Shown here piece by piece: positions 1-11,325 of a stretch of 64,000 nucleotides of DNA. Source of the stretch: Octopus sinensis (lineage: Eukaryota); the NCBI RefSeq assembly GCF_006345805.1, contig NC_042999.1:106764001-106828000 (forward strand). The letters are read 5' to 3'. The first letter of the stretch is position 1; each line of letters starts with the position of its first letter. The position numbers were made by a program, and so were the translations under genes. The notes under the pieces are model-generated. The model was not told where the DNA came from, did not search any database, and saw nothing but the letters and a program-made list of their open reading frames with translations.

Positions 1-815
1 GCCCTCTGTATTAACATCTTGATCCGCTTTCTGTACTCCTCAATCGCCAAAAGGGACGTATTGAGTTTCCAGTAGCCAGATCCCTGTCTATGCAACTTAT
101 CTACCGTCAGTTTACAGGTAACCATCTTGTGGTCACTGTAGCTGACTAGAAAAAACTGTGGACACTCGACTATGGACTTATCTTTTTCTCTAATTAAAAT
201 CCTATCTAGATATGTTCTGGTAGACCCGTCACTATTTGACCACGTCCACTGTGGAGTGTTCGGGTGCTCCAACCTATATGGATCTGCTAGCTGAAATTGA
301 CTTAGCAGATCCCGAAAGCCTGTGTTACATTTTCTGTTCATGTTCGAGTTTGAGCCAACACAATCTGTGTGTGCTGCACATATTGTATTAGAGTCTCCTA
401 ACACTACTAGTGAATGCGACGTGGCTAGGAACTTTCCTAGGCCACGAAAATATTCAGTTTGCGGGCCAATAATGTTTGGTGCATAAATAGCGACCAGCCT
501 GATTGTCTTGCCACAACTGAATGTCAAGTCGAGAACGACCAGCCTGCCTTCTGGGTCAGAAAAAACCAACTTTTTCTCGGCTACCCGGTTTTTTTTTAGT
601 AGGACCAACACCCCACCCCCACCTCCCGCCCGACTCGGAGAAACGTATTTCTCGTAGCCGTTCAGGAGGGGGAGCAGATCTCTTGGCCCCTTCACCCGGG
701 TTTCCGTTGCAACAATTACATTCAAATTTCTCGACCTGATGTCATTCAGAAAGCGTCCTTGCTTCCAGCTTGACAACAGGCCATGAACATTTAAACAACC
801 AATGTGAATAGCCAT
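1..815 (-). CDS. Tx1/L1-clade LINE ORF2, N-terminal APE endonuclease domain (runs off the window edge)
   Basis: Manual translation from the ATG at 815 shows no stop to base 1: MAIHIGCLNVHGL..VATETR..DPEGRLVVL..IYAPN..LGDSN..WTWSN..YLDRILI..SDHKMV..GYWKLNTSLL. These are canonical L1-type APE motifs. The ORF is absent from the supplied track because it is edge-truncated. Confidence 0.93.
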   Translation of the reverse strand, partial: MAIHIGCLNVHGLLSSWKQGRFLNDIRSRNLNVIVATETRVKGPRDLLPLLNGYEKYVSPSRAGGGGGVLVLLKKNRVAEKKLVFSDPEGRLVVLDLTFSCGKTIRLVAIYAPNIIGPQTEYFRGLGKFLATSHSLVVLGDSNTICAAHTDCVGSNSNMNRKCNTGFRDLLSQFQLADPYRLEHPNTPQWTWSNSDGSTRTYLDRILIREKDKSIVECPQFFLVSYSDHKMVTCKLTVDKLHRQGSGYWKLNTSLLAIEEYRKRIKMLIQR

Positions 816-826
816 CACTTACCTGT

Positions 827-2355
827 TTAATTAGGATTGTCCGGTGGAGGGGGACCCTCCACCTTTTTTTTATCCAGGGTCGGAGGTGGACGGTCTTGGG
901 AAATAGATTTGTCAAAATCCCGTCTCACCACCGACACAGAATTATCAGGTGGAGGGGGAATCTCCACCTTTTCCTTTTCTCGCGGGATCGGAGCTGGTAA
1001 TCCATGAAATATCGACTTGTTAAAATCTAATCTCAATGAAGATACAGTCTTTCTGTACTTATTTTGTAGAATTCTATAAGTCTTATTTGAGACTTCATAT
1101 ATGTCGTAATTGATAAATTCCTCTGAAAGGTTATCAATTTTTTTTACAGTCTTTATGAGTTGAATGTCTCTCATGAGCTCAGTATCTTTAGTGTATACGG
1201 CTATTATGCCTTTTTCTTCTTTTTCTCTTCTGGCAGTCTTTTTTGGTCGTTGTTCTGTAGTAGTCGCCGCTCTCGGCTGGGTTGCTGGTTGTATTTTTCT
1301 TTTGTTTGTTGTTTTTTTCTCATCTGTTTCTTCTTATCTTCTTCCTCTTTGTCTTTTTTCTCCTCTTCCTCCTCTTCTTCATTTTCCTTGCAGTTCCTTC
1401 GAATGTGGCCTAATTGACCACATAAAAAACATCGAGGTTTTCGGCCCTCAACAAACACCACGAGGTTCTCCTCCCCTACCTCAATTGTCTCAGGAATTGT
1501 TTGAATTATTTTAGGGTCCGCTTGAATGAGAAGATTAATTGTTTTACCATCCCAGCGTGGGTTTTCCGTAGCGGTAGCCTGGAGGAGAGTAATTTTTTCT
1601 ACCTCTTTGATTAGGACTGCCGCCAACAACCACATAGGTTCGACCTCTGGCGGGACCCTTGTAATTTTTATTCGCGACGTCCTCATCCCCATATAATAGG
1701 GTATTAACTCCACGTCGTTCGTTTTCAACGTTTCCACTGAGTTCTTGTGTGCTATTTCTTTATTGGTGAACCTTACTTCCACCGTTCCGAATTTTTTTCC
1801 TCTTCTCAGAAATACTACGTCGCCCAATATTGGCTTTAAGCACTTTTCTATTTTCTCTTCTGACATTCTTTCAATTTTTCTATTTTGTAGACAATATGTT
1901 TTGAAAATTATTGTTTTTTGCTTTTCTTCCTGTAATAACTTTTGCGGAGGTTCAATTTTCACACTGTTGTCATTTATTTCCATCATTTTGCTGTATTTCA
2001 TAATTTCGCTTTTATTCGTCGACAGTATCTGGGTTCCACCCCCAGCAGCCAACGCAAAACTTTTTTTTCCATTTTTTGGTTCTATCTGGATGCTAGGCAC
2101 ATCAATTATTCTCTTCGACACAATGCCTTTGTTCTCTGGCAAAGTCGGAAACTCTTCTGGTGAAAGTTCTGACGAGCTCTCAGACACATCTCCAAAAATA
2201 TCAAATATATTATCCTCTCTGCTATTCCTTCTTGTAGCGGGGGAAACCCCTATTTCCTTGTCTGTAGTTGGCTCCTCGCCGGACATGTATTTCCTCCTCT
2301 CAACAGGAGAAACAAGTATTTCTGCTCCAACGGTAGGCTCCATGCTAGACGACAT
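827..2355 (-). CDS. Tx1/L1-clade ORF1 (gag-like, one CCHC zinc knuckle), split by a -1 frameshift near 1210-1235
   Basis: ORF 1204..2382 has CFLCGQLGHIRRNC and a Lys/Glu-rich tract; its first ATG is at 2355. ORF 827..1174 continues in the -1 frame (EEKGIIAVYTKDTELMRDIQ...). The stop at 827-829 lies 11 nt before the ORF2 ATG. Confidence 0.85.
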
Positions 2356-2518
2356 TCTTCCCCCCAAAGGGGGAATGAACAACGCGTGCTACCACAAGCA
2401 CTAAGTGTTTTCAATTGAAAACTCCAACAGTTAAGTTATTCAACAGTTTAACAAGAAACAACAGTTGTTAACAATATTAACACCACGAAACAGCAATTCT
2501 TACTTCACGAACACATGT

Positions 2519-2574
2519 GCGGCAGCTGAAATACGGCTACGCATTTCGCCCGGCGTTTCTGCCAGCTCTGCCAC
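2519..2574 (-). mobile_element. SINE 5' head fragment abutting the Tx1 5' end
   Basis: The reverse complement GGCAGAGCTGGCAGAAACGCCGGGCGAAATGCGTAGCCGTATTTCAGCTGCCGC aligns to the head of the SINE at 22436 and 11325, with a 7-nt deletion. Confidence 0.75.
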
Positions 2575-3886
2575 AATACATTTAGAAATTTAAACATACA
2601 CCCAAAAATGCAGATTCAAACAAAAGCGTATCCTTCATTGCTGACATACGCAAACACAAGCAGTCATAAATTAACTTTACGTCCAGGTTATGTATAAGTG
2701 TCTACAGAATATATTATAAGGTGTTGTAGTAATAGTCAGTTTTTGACAAGATTATTATATGTCTTTTTAGAGTACTGACTTTTAAAAAATCAATAGTTTT
2801 GAAATATTTCACAGTTTGATATGTCCTCTTAACGCAATGAGAGATGAATTGAGAATGTAAATGAGGCATTAATTTGGAAAAACATTCATTTTTTTTTTTT
2901 AAGTTTGTAGTTGATAGGAAATTTAAGTGTATTTACACGATTTAGGGAAAGACAAAAATTTCCAAGAATTGCTCATAGATTTTTTGGGTTTCCTGTATAA
3001 AAAGTTAATCATATAACTGACATTTTATTACAGTTTCTGGGCGAGTAAGCCCGTTACTGGTGTTGAATTTTAAATTAGTTTAGTGCAAGTCCAATACAGG
3101 ATTTTAAAAAAGACGATGAAATTGTATTATCAGTAGTTCGATAAACTAGTTCCTTGTCTAAACATTCTACTCGGTGTCACCTATCATAATTGATTCATTT
3201 GCACTTAGAAGAAGGAGCTGTAGTGTTATTAAAATGATTATTATTTAATTTAGCACCGTTAGAAATATCGATTAAATGAGTAAAATTATAAATAATTGGG
3301 TATGAGATTTCTATATTTTACTAAACTTTGTTGTGTTATTTATCATTAAGTAGAAATATCACGATAAAAATTTGAAATTTTCTGCTACGGATTCAGTGAC
3401 AAGTATATTTAAAGCTGGATTTGACCAGTTGATTTTTTGATATTTTATTCAATGTCTGTTATTAGATATTTGGATTGTACACTAATTTTTGATTTCTTCA
3501 ATAAATATGCTTTGCTTCTGGGAATCACTGCAATAAGAGATAAACGTTGAAACCTTTTTTACGTTAGAAGATACAAAAAAGAGTAGTAAATAAACGTTTC
3601 TGTCAAGACGCTTTAGATTATTTTTGGATTGGTGAATAGTTTATTTATATATGCTAACTGACAATGTTCAAGCTTTAGTTTAGTTTTTAGGACGCAATCC
3701 GTTGAATGCACGTTGAGATATCATAATAGTACGAAACCATCATTACTGCATAAGCTGCCCTTAATATAATAAGACTGTAGTAAAGAATTAGTAATAGTGG
3801 TACACCCTCCAACGTGACGAATTGGATAACCTAGCCACTATAAGTAAAGAGAAGTACGTGAAGTACCAGAGTACGTAGTAAGTGGT

Positions 3887-5357
3887 GGAGGGGCAAGTCG
3901 ATGCCTTCGAATAGCATCGTGGGATGCTGGACGGAGGGCCCGGTTAAGCTGCTAGGGATCTGGTTTGGTCCAGATCTCCAGATAGAAAAGAACTGGTCTG
4001 AGGTGACGAGCAAGGTGGCTCACACGGTCAGGACTTGGTCCTGGCGATGGTTATCCTTGAAAGGGAGGGCGGAAGTGGCCAATGTGTTTTTAGCATCGGT
4101 CATCACTTACCGCCTGACCGTCGTCCATTGTCCGGATTCGTGTTTAAGCAAGTTGGAGAGGCAGATCTTTCACTTTTTGTGGAAGGGAACCCCTCCTCTT
4201 GTAAGACGTTCTATTTGCTGTCAGAAGCCGTTAAAGGGTGGGTTAGGGATGCCTTGGCTGTTGATGCGCAGACATGCGCTGAGGTTAAGGCATCTTTGGC
4301 TCTACCTGGATGGTGAAAGGGTGTGGTCCCCGCTGGCGAGGCAGATGTTCCCCAGCTTTGCCAGTTTTGGTGACAGAGAAACCTGGTATCGTCGCAGACT
4401 TAGGACGAGCATGTGGTATTCGGAGTGCCATAAGGCACTCTGCCACTTCCGCAAGTCGGGCAATGCCGGCGGCTTTGGTACCACCGCAGCTTTTTATAGC
4501 AGGTTGGTAGAGGCCGGAAATGACGATGCCTTAGGAAGGACCTTGGGCCTCGATAGGAATCAGTTAGACAGCCTGTTCCAAAGGACATTCAGGCCAAAGA
4601 CGCTGGATAACTTTCAGAAGTCTTTGACCTGGCAATGCTTCAGAGGAGCTTTACTCGTTCGGGATAAACTCACAAGGCATGGTTACGGTGGACCATCGAA
4701 CTGTCCAAGATGCGAGCGGGACGTGGAAACAGTCTCGCACGCTATTGCTCAGTGTCCGGAAATTTCGGACGTGTGGGTATATGCAGAACACCTGTTGTCA
4801 TACGGAAGAAGAGTACAGCTATCGGCTGAGACAATTCTAAAAATTGACTCGCCTAGCTTTTTGACAAGTGAAGGTAAGCATTGCTTTCTCATTATAGTAG
4901 CAGTAGCGAAAGAGTGTATATGGAAGACTAGAACGAAAGGTATAAAGACAGGCACCATGATTTCTGGCTCCGCCTTGGTGAACGTTTTTAAGTTCCACCT
5001 AAAAACAAAGGTGGAGCTAGAGAAAAGGTGTCTGTCAGTACGTGAGTTCGAAAAAAGATGGAAGCGTGTCGGACGACTGCTGCGAGTGAAAGTGGCCACA
5101 TGAGCACGCTATGAGTTAGCTGCCGAGTTTCAGGGGGAAAAACAGGGCTCGTGGGGTCGGCAATCCTGGTGTTCCCACTTCATGTGTCATTTTATGTTGT
5201 ATTGTAAAATTGTATATCATCCGATTTTTTTCGATTTTTTCGATTTTGTGTAAATTTTTAAAGATCATTTTTATGTAATCTCCATTCGTTTCTCATGACC
5301 CCAAATCATGATGTATTGTCCAACTCTATGTTAGCCCCTTGTGGGCAATAAAGAAAT
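3887..5357 (+). mobile_element. 5'-truncated Tx1/L1-clade LINE (ORF2 C-terminus + 3'UTR) with a ~17-bp TSD
   Basis: ORF 3901..5103 has GGLGMP, the zinc knuckle CPRCERDVETVSHAIAQC and the terminal FEKRW. The 3'UTR ends AATAAAGAAAT. Flanks are AGTACGTAGTAAGTGGT (3870-3886) and AGTACGTAGTAGGTGGT (5358-5374). Confidence 0.9.
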
Positions 5358-5684
5358 AGTACGTAGTAGGTGGTCAGAGATAGTCGTGTCTTTACTGGTT
5401 TCATTAGATATACCGTATACCGACGTGGGCGTTATAACAATCCAACATTTTAAGGATTGTAACAGTGGTAACGAGGATCTAAACGACTCACGAGGAAGTA
5501 ACAACTCACGAGAAGTTAAGAAACTCTCAAAAGTTTTTGTTGTGTGAATTTTACGAAAGAAAAATCGTGAAAATTATGGAAAATTTGTTGGCAGGTTTGC
5601 TCGAGTTGCAAAAATAGCAACAACAGCAGCAGTAGATACAAACTCAAGTGTAACAACAGAAGCAACAACAACAATTAATATTAT

Positions 5685-5770
5685 TTTCTACTCTAGGTAC
5701 AAGGCGCGAAAGCTTTGGGGAGTGGGCCCAGTCGATTAGATCGACCCCAATACGCAACTGGTACTTACAA
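5685..5770 (-). mobile_element. SINE 3' fragment
   Basis: GTCGATTAGATCGACCCCAATACGCAACTGGTACTTA matches the SINE body at 11160-11200. Confidence 0.65.
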
Positions 5771-6034
5771 CTGCCTTACAACAATAAATAATATTACAGC
5801 AACAAATGCTGCAATTACTGCAGTCGTCAAGTAAGTCAGAAAAAGTGTTCATGCCAGACTATGTCGCGAACTCCGTAACAGAATTCAAAAACGAACCTGA
5901 CGAAGGAGCTATTTTCGAAGCATACTACAGCAAATCTTCGAGAAAAATGTAAAGATAGGGACGATGAGATGAAAACGTGCTTAATCTTGAGAAAACTTAC
6001 GGTAACAGAACATGAACGATACAGTAATTATGTA

Positions 6035-6262
6035 TGTTACACATTCATATCTGTGTGTATACGTTGGCACACTTGTATAGAATACATCCCCACTTTTGGC
6101 ACTATTTTGTTAGTGAACAATACAAACTGTGTGTAAAGTATATAATGTATTACTACGCTGAATGTCGAGTCTGTGTAACATGAATAGTAAATAAACACGT
6201 AAACAATAACAATGGCTTTCATTTGGTTGTCTATCCCATTAGAACCCAAACTACACATAACA
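6035..6262. mobile_element. Solo LTR (228 bp) inserted in gypsy gag
   Basis: Termini TGTTA...TAACA, internal AATAAA, and a perfect 5-bp TSD ATGTA (6030-6034, 6263-6267). Removing it restores gag YSNYVLP. Confidence 0.85.
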
Positions 6263-8109
6263 ATGTACTCCCAAGAAAGCCTTCGGACATAAACTTTAAT
6301 GACACAATAGATATATTGCGTAAATTTTTCAGTGAAAAAAGCTCATTGTTCAACACCCGTTGGAAGTGTCTGAACAGAAAGAAAAAACAACGACGCGGAC
6401 TACATCACATATGCTGGTAGATGAAACACGGAATGCGAGAAGTTTAAGCTGGACGAATTAACGCCAGATATGGTCAAATGCCTGATTTTTACACAGGGAC
6501 TTACTGCTGAAAAAAACACAGAAGTTAGAACTAGAATTCTCAAAAAGCGGGAACAAAACCAGGATGTAACCCTACAGTAAGTGTCTGAAGAATGTTTCAG
6601 GATAGTCAAATTAAGACGCGACACAGGGGAAATTGAATGTAAAGATTGTTTCCAAGTAAAGCAAGTGCGAAATAGTCAGAATAGAGATAAAGTGTTTCCT
6701 AAAGAAAAACAGGACAAGAATCAGGAAATAAACTCATGGTTTGCGTGTGGAGGTATACACCTGAGGAAAAATTGTCCATTTAAAAAGCGGAGAGCTTTCG
6801 TTGCGGTGATATCGGACATTTAAATACGCACTGTAGAACGAAGATAATAAAGCATCAGAACAAAGGAAAACGAATAAATAGTATGTCATCAGAAAAAATT
6901 GCTAATATAACGATGAGGAAATTCGTAAAGGTGAAAATCAGAAATATAAGAGATAGAATGCAGTTGAACACTGGTAGTGACATCACCATTATAAACAAAA
7001 AAAACGTTTATGTCGGTAAGCCGAAATTGATTAAATCGTAAAAGGTTGCACATGGTGTTACGGGAAAAAAGATTTTATTTTTTCGATTAATTCATATGTA
7101 ATGTAACATTTCGAGGTCAAACGAAAAAGGTAAAGATATATGTATTAAATGATTCACTTAATCTATTTGGCACAGAGTGGATGGAACTATTCAAATTGTG
7201 GGATACGCCCACAAGTGTTCTGTGTGGAAATATAGTTGGGTCAGTCAAAGGTTCAAATGAATCCGAATGATTGAAATAATTTTTTTTTTTAAATATATTC
7301 CAAGATATTTCTTTGAAGAACTGGGTTGTAAAAAACAAAAGCTAAGATCACTGTAAAACAAAGCGCAACACTGGTCTTTAGGCCCAAACAGAATGTACCA
7401 TTTGCAGCAACAGACCAGGTTAACAAAGAAGAGGAGAAGCAGGAAAAGGTAATGGTGAAGACAGAGAAAGACACACCATCTACTTCAACGACTATGAAGC
7501 ACTATCCTATTAAATTACGACGTCAAAAAAAAACTAGGGCATGCGGATTGTTTGTCCAGACAGATACCAAAACACGGTGAGCCATTCGAAGAGACGCTAA
7601 TTGCAGCTCTAAAAGCTGAAGAAGAAATTTTTTTTTAAATGTAGTATGGAAAGTGGTATATGAGCTGCGGAAGGAGAAGCAGCAGAAGGAGAGACAGTCA
7701 CGACGGAAAAAGTAGCACCGTTGACAACTTCTGCAAAGGTAATTGACGGTGAATGACAAGCGGCTGGGAGGAAGAGAAAAAAGAAAATTACTCGTTTCCC
7801 ACCCCACCCCTGCCTCCCACAAACCTAAAAAGCCAATAGTTACAAGACTTCATAAAAACAAGAACACGCATAAATATTTAACAGAAACAAACGAAATAAA
7901 GTAAATAGTACGTAGTAGGCGGTCAGAGATAGTCGTGTCTTTATTGGTTTCACTAAGTATACTGTATACCGAAGTGAGCGTTATAACAATCCAACATTTT
8001 AAGGATATTACAAAAACTTAATTTCTAGGCTTTTAAAATGCACAAACCGATGAACATTCTTGTTTCAGCAAGGTTTCTGTCCCATAGCGAAATGTTCGGA
8101 GTAGTGATT

Positions 8110-8462
8110 TTTACATTATTTACATTTGACGGATATTTGTCTTCATTTTGTTTGTTGTTAACACAACGTTTCGGCTGATATACCCTGCAGTCTTCATCAG
8201 ATGTCTTGGAGAAATTTTGAACCTGGGTTCTCATTCCTAAGGTATTTTTCGATATTATTATTATTATTATTATTATTCAGGTCACTGCCTGGAACCGAAC
8301 TCAGAATCTTGGAAAAATGCCTTAGGAATGAGAATCCAGGTTTAAAATTTCCTCCAGACACCTGATGAAGGCTGGAGGGTATATCCGCCGAAATTCTATG
8401 TTAACAACAAACAAGATGAGGAGAAATATCCGTCAAATGTAAATAATGTACATAATTCCTCA
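8110..8462. mobile_element. Inverted-arm non-autonomous element (Penelope-LTR-like) with a hammerhead motif in each arm (family A)
   Basis: ~135-bp inverted arms (8110-8248 / 8313-8450) around an (ATT)n-containing spacer. The arms read CTGATGA..GAAACGTT. Confidence 0.7.
8159..8206 (-). ncRNA. Type-I hammerhead ribozyme motif, slightly decayed (family A)
   Basis: GACAT-CTGATGA-A-GACTG-cagggtatat-CAGCC-GAA-ACGT-T-GTGTT. Core is intact, helix III is the palindrome ACGT, the triplet is GUU, and helix II has one mismatch. Confidence 0.6.
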
Positions 8463-8941
8463 CCACTGTAGTGATTTTTACTGTTGTAAGAAGATACTTT
8501 CGAGACAATAGTATAAATTCTGTGTTGAATTGTTTTTTAGGTTGTAGTATTGTTTCAAGGGGTGATGAGTGAAATAGAATTAGCGCATTTGATAGCATCT
8601 TTAAGAAATTAGTTATAGAAAAATAATATTCACAAATATCAGTCTGGGAAAGTGAAACGTTTTCTTAAGTGGATGTCGTGAAAATAGTTTATTACAACGC
8701 TGAAATAAGTACAAAAATGGTAGGATAAAATTACTGTTCATTTGTTAACTACACATAGACCTCTTTGTAAATATTTATATGTTGGATAGCTGGATGTTGA
8801 GGGAAGGTAATTTTATAGACCTTTATAAAATAATAAATCTGTTGGTATTTAGATTATTTTTTCTGTCATTAATTTTTAACTTAGTTTTTTATACTCTAAG
8901 CTGAAGAGTTTATATTGTAAGTGCAGCGAAGTTGGTTTTAT

Positions 8942-8984
<43 letters not shown>

Positions 8985-10894
8985 AACTTGAAAGAGAGTT
9001 CAAGAGAAGTGGCGGTAATTTTTTATCTATTTCGTAAAAATTTTTCATTTTATCAGAGTTCACGAAAATTTTATCACTTTCCCTGATATAAAATTTGTTT
9101 CAGAGTTATTTTTGGAAGTAGCTAGTTTTATCTTTGAATTAAAATTTTGTATTAGACAGAACAAATCATCTTCTAGCGATTAGGTTGTAGGAAGATGTTT
9201 AGTAGCGGGCAATTAACTGTTTTTAAACCGTATTTATTTCCGGTGATATTGTCGGGTGAACTGTTTTCAAAAAACTTTTTTCCACTTGAGTTTCTTGATT
9301 AGACACTCACTCTTTCGGAAGAAGTTTCACCGACAGTTTCTTTGAATGCATACGGATATTTTTTCCTCTAGAAAAGGAAGTATGTAGAGATTGCATCTCT
9401 AAAGTTATAGCTTATGTTGTGGAAAGTGAATAATTTGTGGAGAGCTGTTGATTAATTGATATGAGTTCTTAAAAATGTAAGCATCAGAACACTAATTGAC
9501 AAAATGACTCAATACTAAAAGACGTCTTAATATTTCTTAAAGCGAAAGAATGACTGCGGCATTGAAATTTCGTCAAGAATGACTTGGCAAATAGCGATTA
9601 GAACTATAAGAGTAGAAATGGGGACTTTATAGTTGGGTGGAAGAATTAAGAGAAATATTGTAATTTATAGATACAAATTTGAATAGCCATTACATCATTA
9701 GGAGATATAATTTTATTTAAAAGCTGATTCAGTTCATTCTCGCATTAGAGTTGCTGTCAAAAAGAAAGTGAACTAACATTAATATTCATTATTGAAGATA
9801 AGTAGTTATAAAGCACTAAAGCTAAGTATGAACCTGAGTGAACGACTTGAACATAGATGGAAGGTTCTGAAATAACATAAAATAAAATAGCATAAAATAA
9901 AGTGCGGCCATTAAATAAGAGTGGTCGACACCATTATTTACAGGGATAAGGATGAATTATATAAAAACTATAGAATTATACCTTAAGACAAATTATCAAT
10001 TATATTAGTAAAAACACGAAAACCCAATATAATTAAGCTACTCAAAATGTTATAGAACGGCGATGGGTGATATAGACGAGATAAGTCACGTCTGATTCGA
10101 ACAATTTGGCGAGGAAAGGTGATAATATAAGAGAATAAGTTAAGCTAATAACTATGAGAGATAATAGAGGGTTGTACGTATGGCAACAATTAGCAAATAG
10201 GTAATATTGTATGAGTAAGTGAATTTAATATGTAGATAGACAAAAGTATACACAAAAACACAATTTCATATAAACAAATACACACACACACACACATACA
10301 TACATATATATTTACATAATCAAACATAAGTAGACACTTGAGACATTCTTGCAGTGTATAGCATATCTAATAGTCATGTATTTATGCATGTGAATATATA
10401 TGTGTACTTGGCATTTGTTACCTTGTTACAATAGGGCCAGATGTTATATCTCTCGTCTCTTCAGAGAAGGCTAGTAAATTTGTGGTCTAATTATGCTGTA
10501 AACGCAGGGGTTATGTGAAAGTAGGAACAGTATAGAGAAGATTGTGATATCGAGACTAGTAATTTTGACACGAGTTAAAATGTAAAATTTAAAATACTAA
10601 TAAAAATAGTGAACGTGAGAATATTGAAAACGATAAAAACAATAAAATGGAAATCATTTTTAAAAGGAAATAAAAAGTAGACAAGTGAGATTGAAAATAT
10701 GAAAGTTGTATAAAAACGTAATAAGATTGATAAAGAGCTAAAAGTAACTATAATTTCAAGGTGTAAGATAAAAGGGTGCTAACGAGAAAATGGTAAAAAT
10801 TGTAAGTTGAAACGAATTCAAATGTTAATGGGTTAAGGAACATTCTTGGTTTGACTAGATAGGATAGTTTAGGCCATGGAATGTACTTGATATT

Positions 10895-11325
10895 GGTTTC
10901 AAAGTTTAGCACAAGGCCAGCAATTTCGGGGAGGAGTTAAGTTGATTACGTTGACCCTAGTGCTCAACTGGTACTTATTTTATCGAGCCTGAAAAGATAA
11001 AGGGCAAAGTCGATCTCCAGGGAATTTGAACTCAGAACGTAAAGACGGATGAAATGTCGCTAAGCATTTTGCTCGGCGTACTAACGTTTCTTATTTCTTT
11101 ACTGCCCACAAGGGGCTACACACACAGGGGACAAAAAGGACAGACAAACGGTTTAAGTCGATTATATCGACCCCAGTGCGTAACTGGTACTTATTTAATC
11201 GACCCCAAAAGGAGGAAAGGCAAAGTCGACCTCAGCGGAATTTGAACTCAGAATGTAGCGGCAGACGAAATACCGCTAAGCATTTCGCCCGGCGTGCTCA
11301 CGTTTCTGCCAGCTTGCCGCCTTGA
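10895..11325 (-). mobile_element. Head-to-tail dimer of tRNA-like SINE family 1, the two copies carrying different 3' tails
   Basis: Two copies of GAAACGTTAG..GGGCGAAATGCTTAGC..GTTCTGAGTTCAAATTCC..TAAGTACCAGTT. Tails are GCCCCTTGTGGGCAGTAAAGAAATA and CCCCGAAATTGCTGGCCTTGTGCTAAA. Confidence 0.8.

Larger units (their letters stand above)
1..2518 (-). mobile_element. Tx1/L1-clade non-LTR retrotransposon, 5' half, apparently 5'-complete and young
   Basis: 5'UTR + ORF1 + short spacer + ORF2, with no stops in the endonuclease domain. Confidence 0.9.
3776..8012 (+). mobile_element. Degenerate, internally deleted Ty3/gypsy LTR retrotransposon (interrupted by Tx1, a SINE piece and a solo LTR)
   Basis: A ~105-bp direct repeat (5358-5464 / 7907-8012) ends in ACA, with PBS-like GTGGTAACGAGG after the first copy. 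Broken gag (SLFNTRWKCL, KCLIFTQGL, EECFRI), protease (LNTGSDITII), RT start (FRPKQNVPFA) and RNaseH end (KLGHADCLSR). The left boundary at TGTAGTA 3776 is tentative. Confidence 0.78.

Noticed and set aside
1745-2404. 219-aa plus-strand ORF (and 1160/1164 ORFs, 51366, 58547)
   Set aside because: Antisense shadows of LINE ORFs.
2600-3770. AT-rich decayed TE-like tract (also ~8500-10200 and 11580-12290)
   Set aside because: Probably old transposon sequence, but no motif could be recognised with enough confidence to name it.
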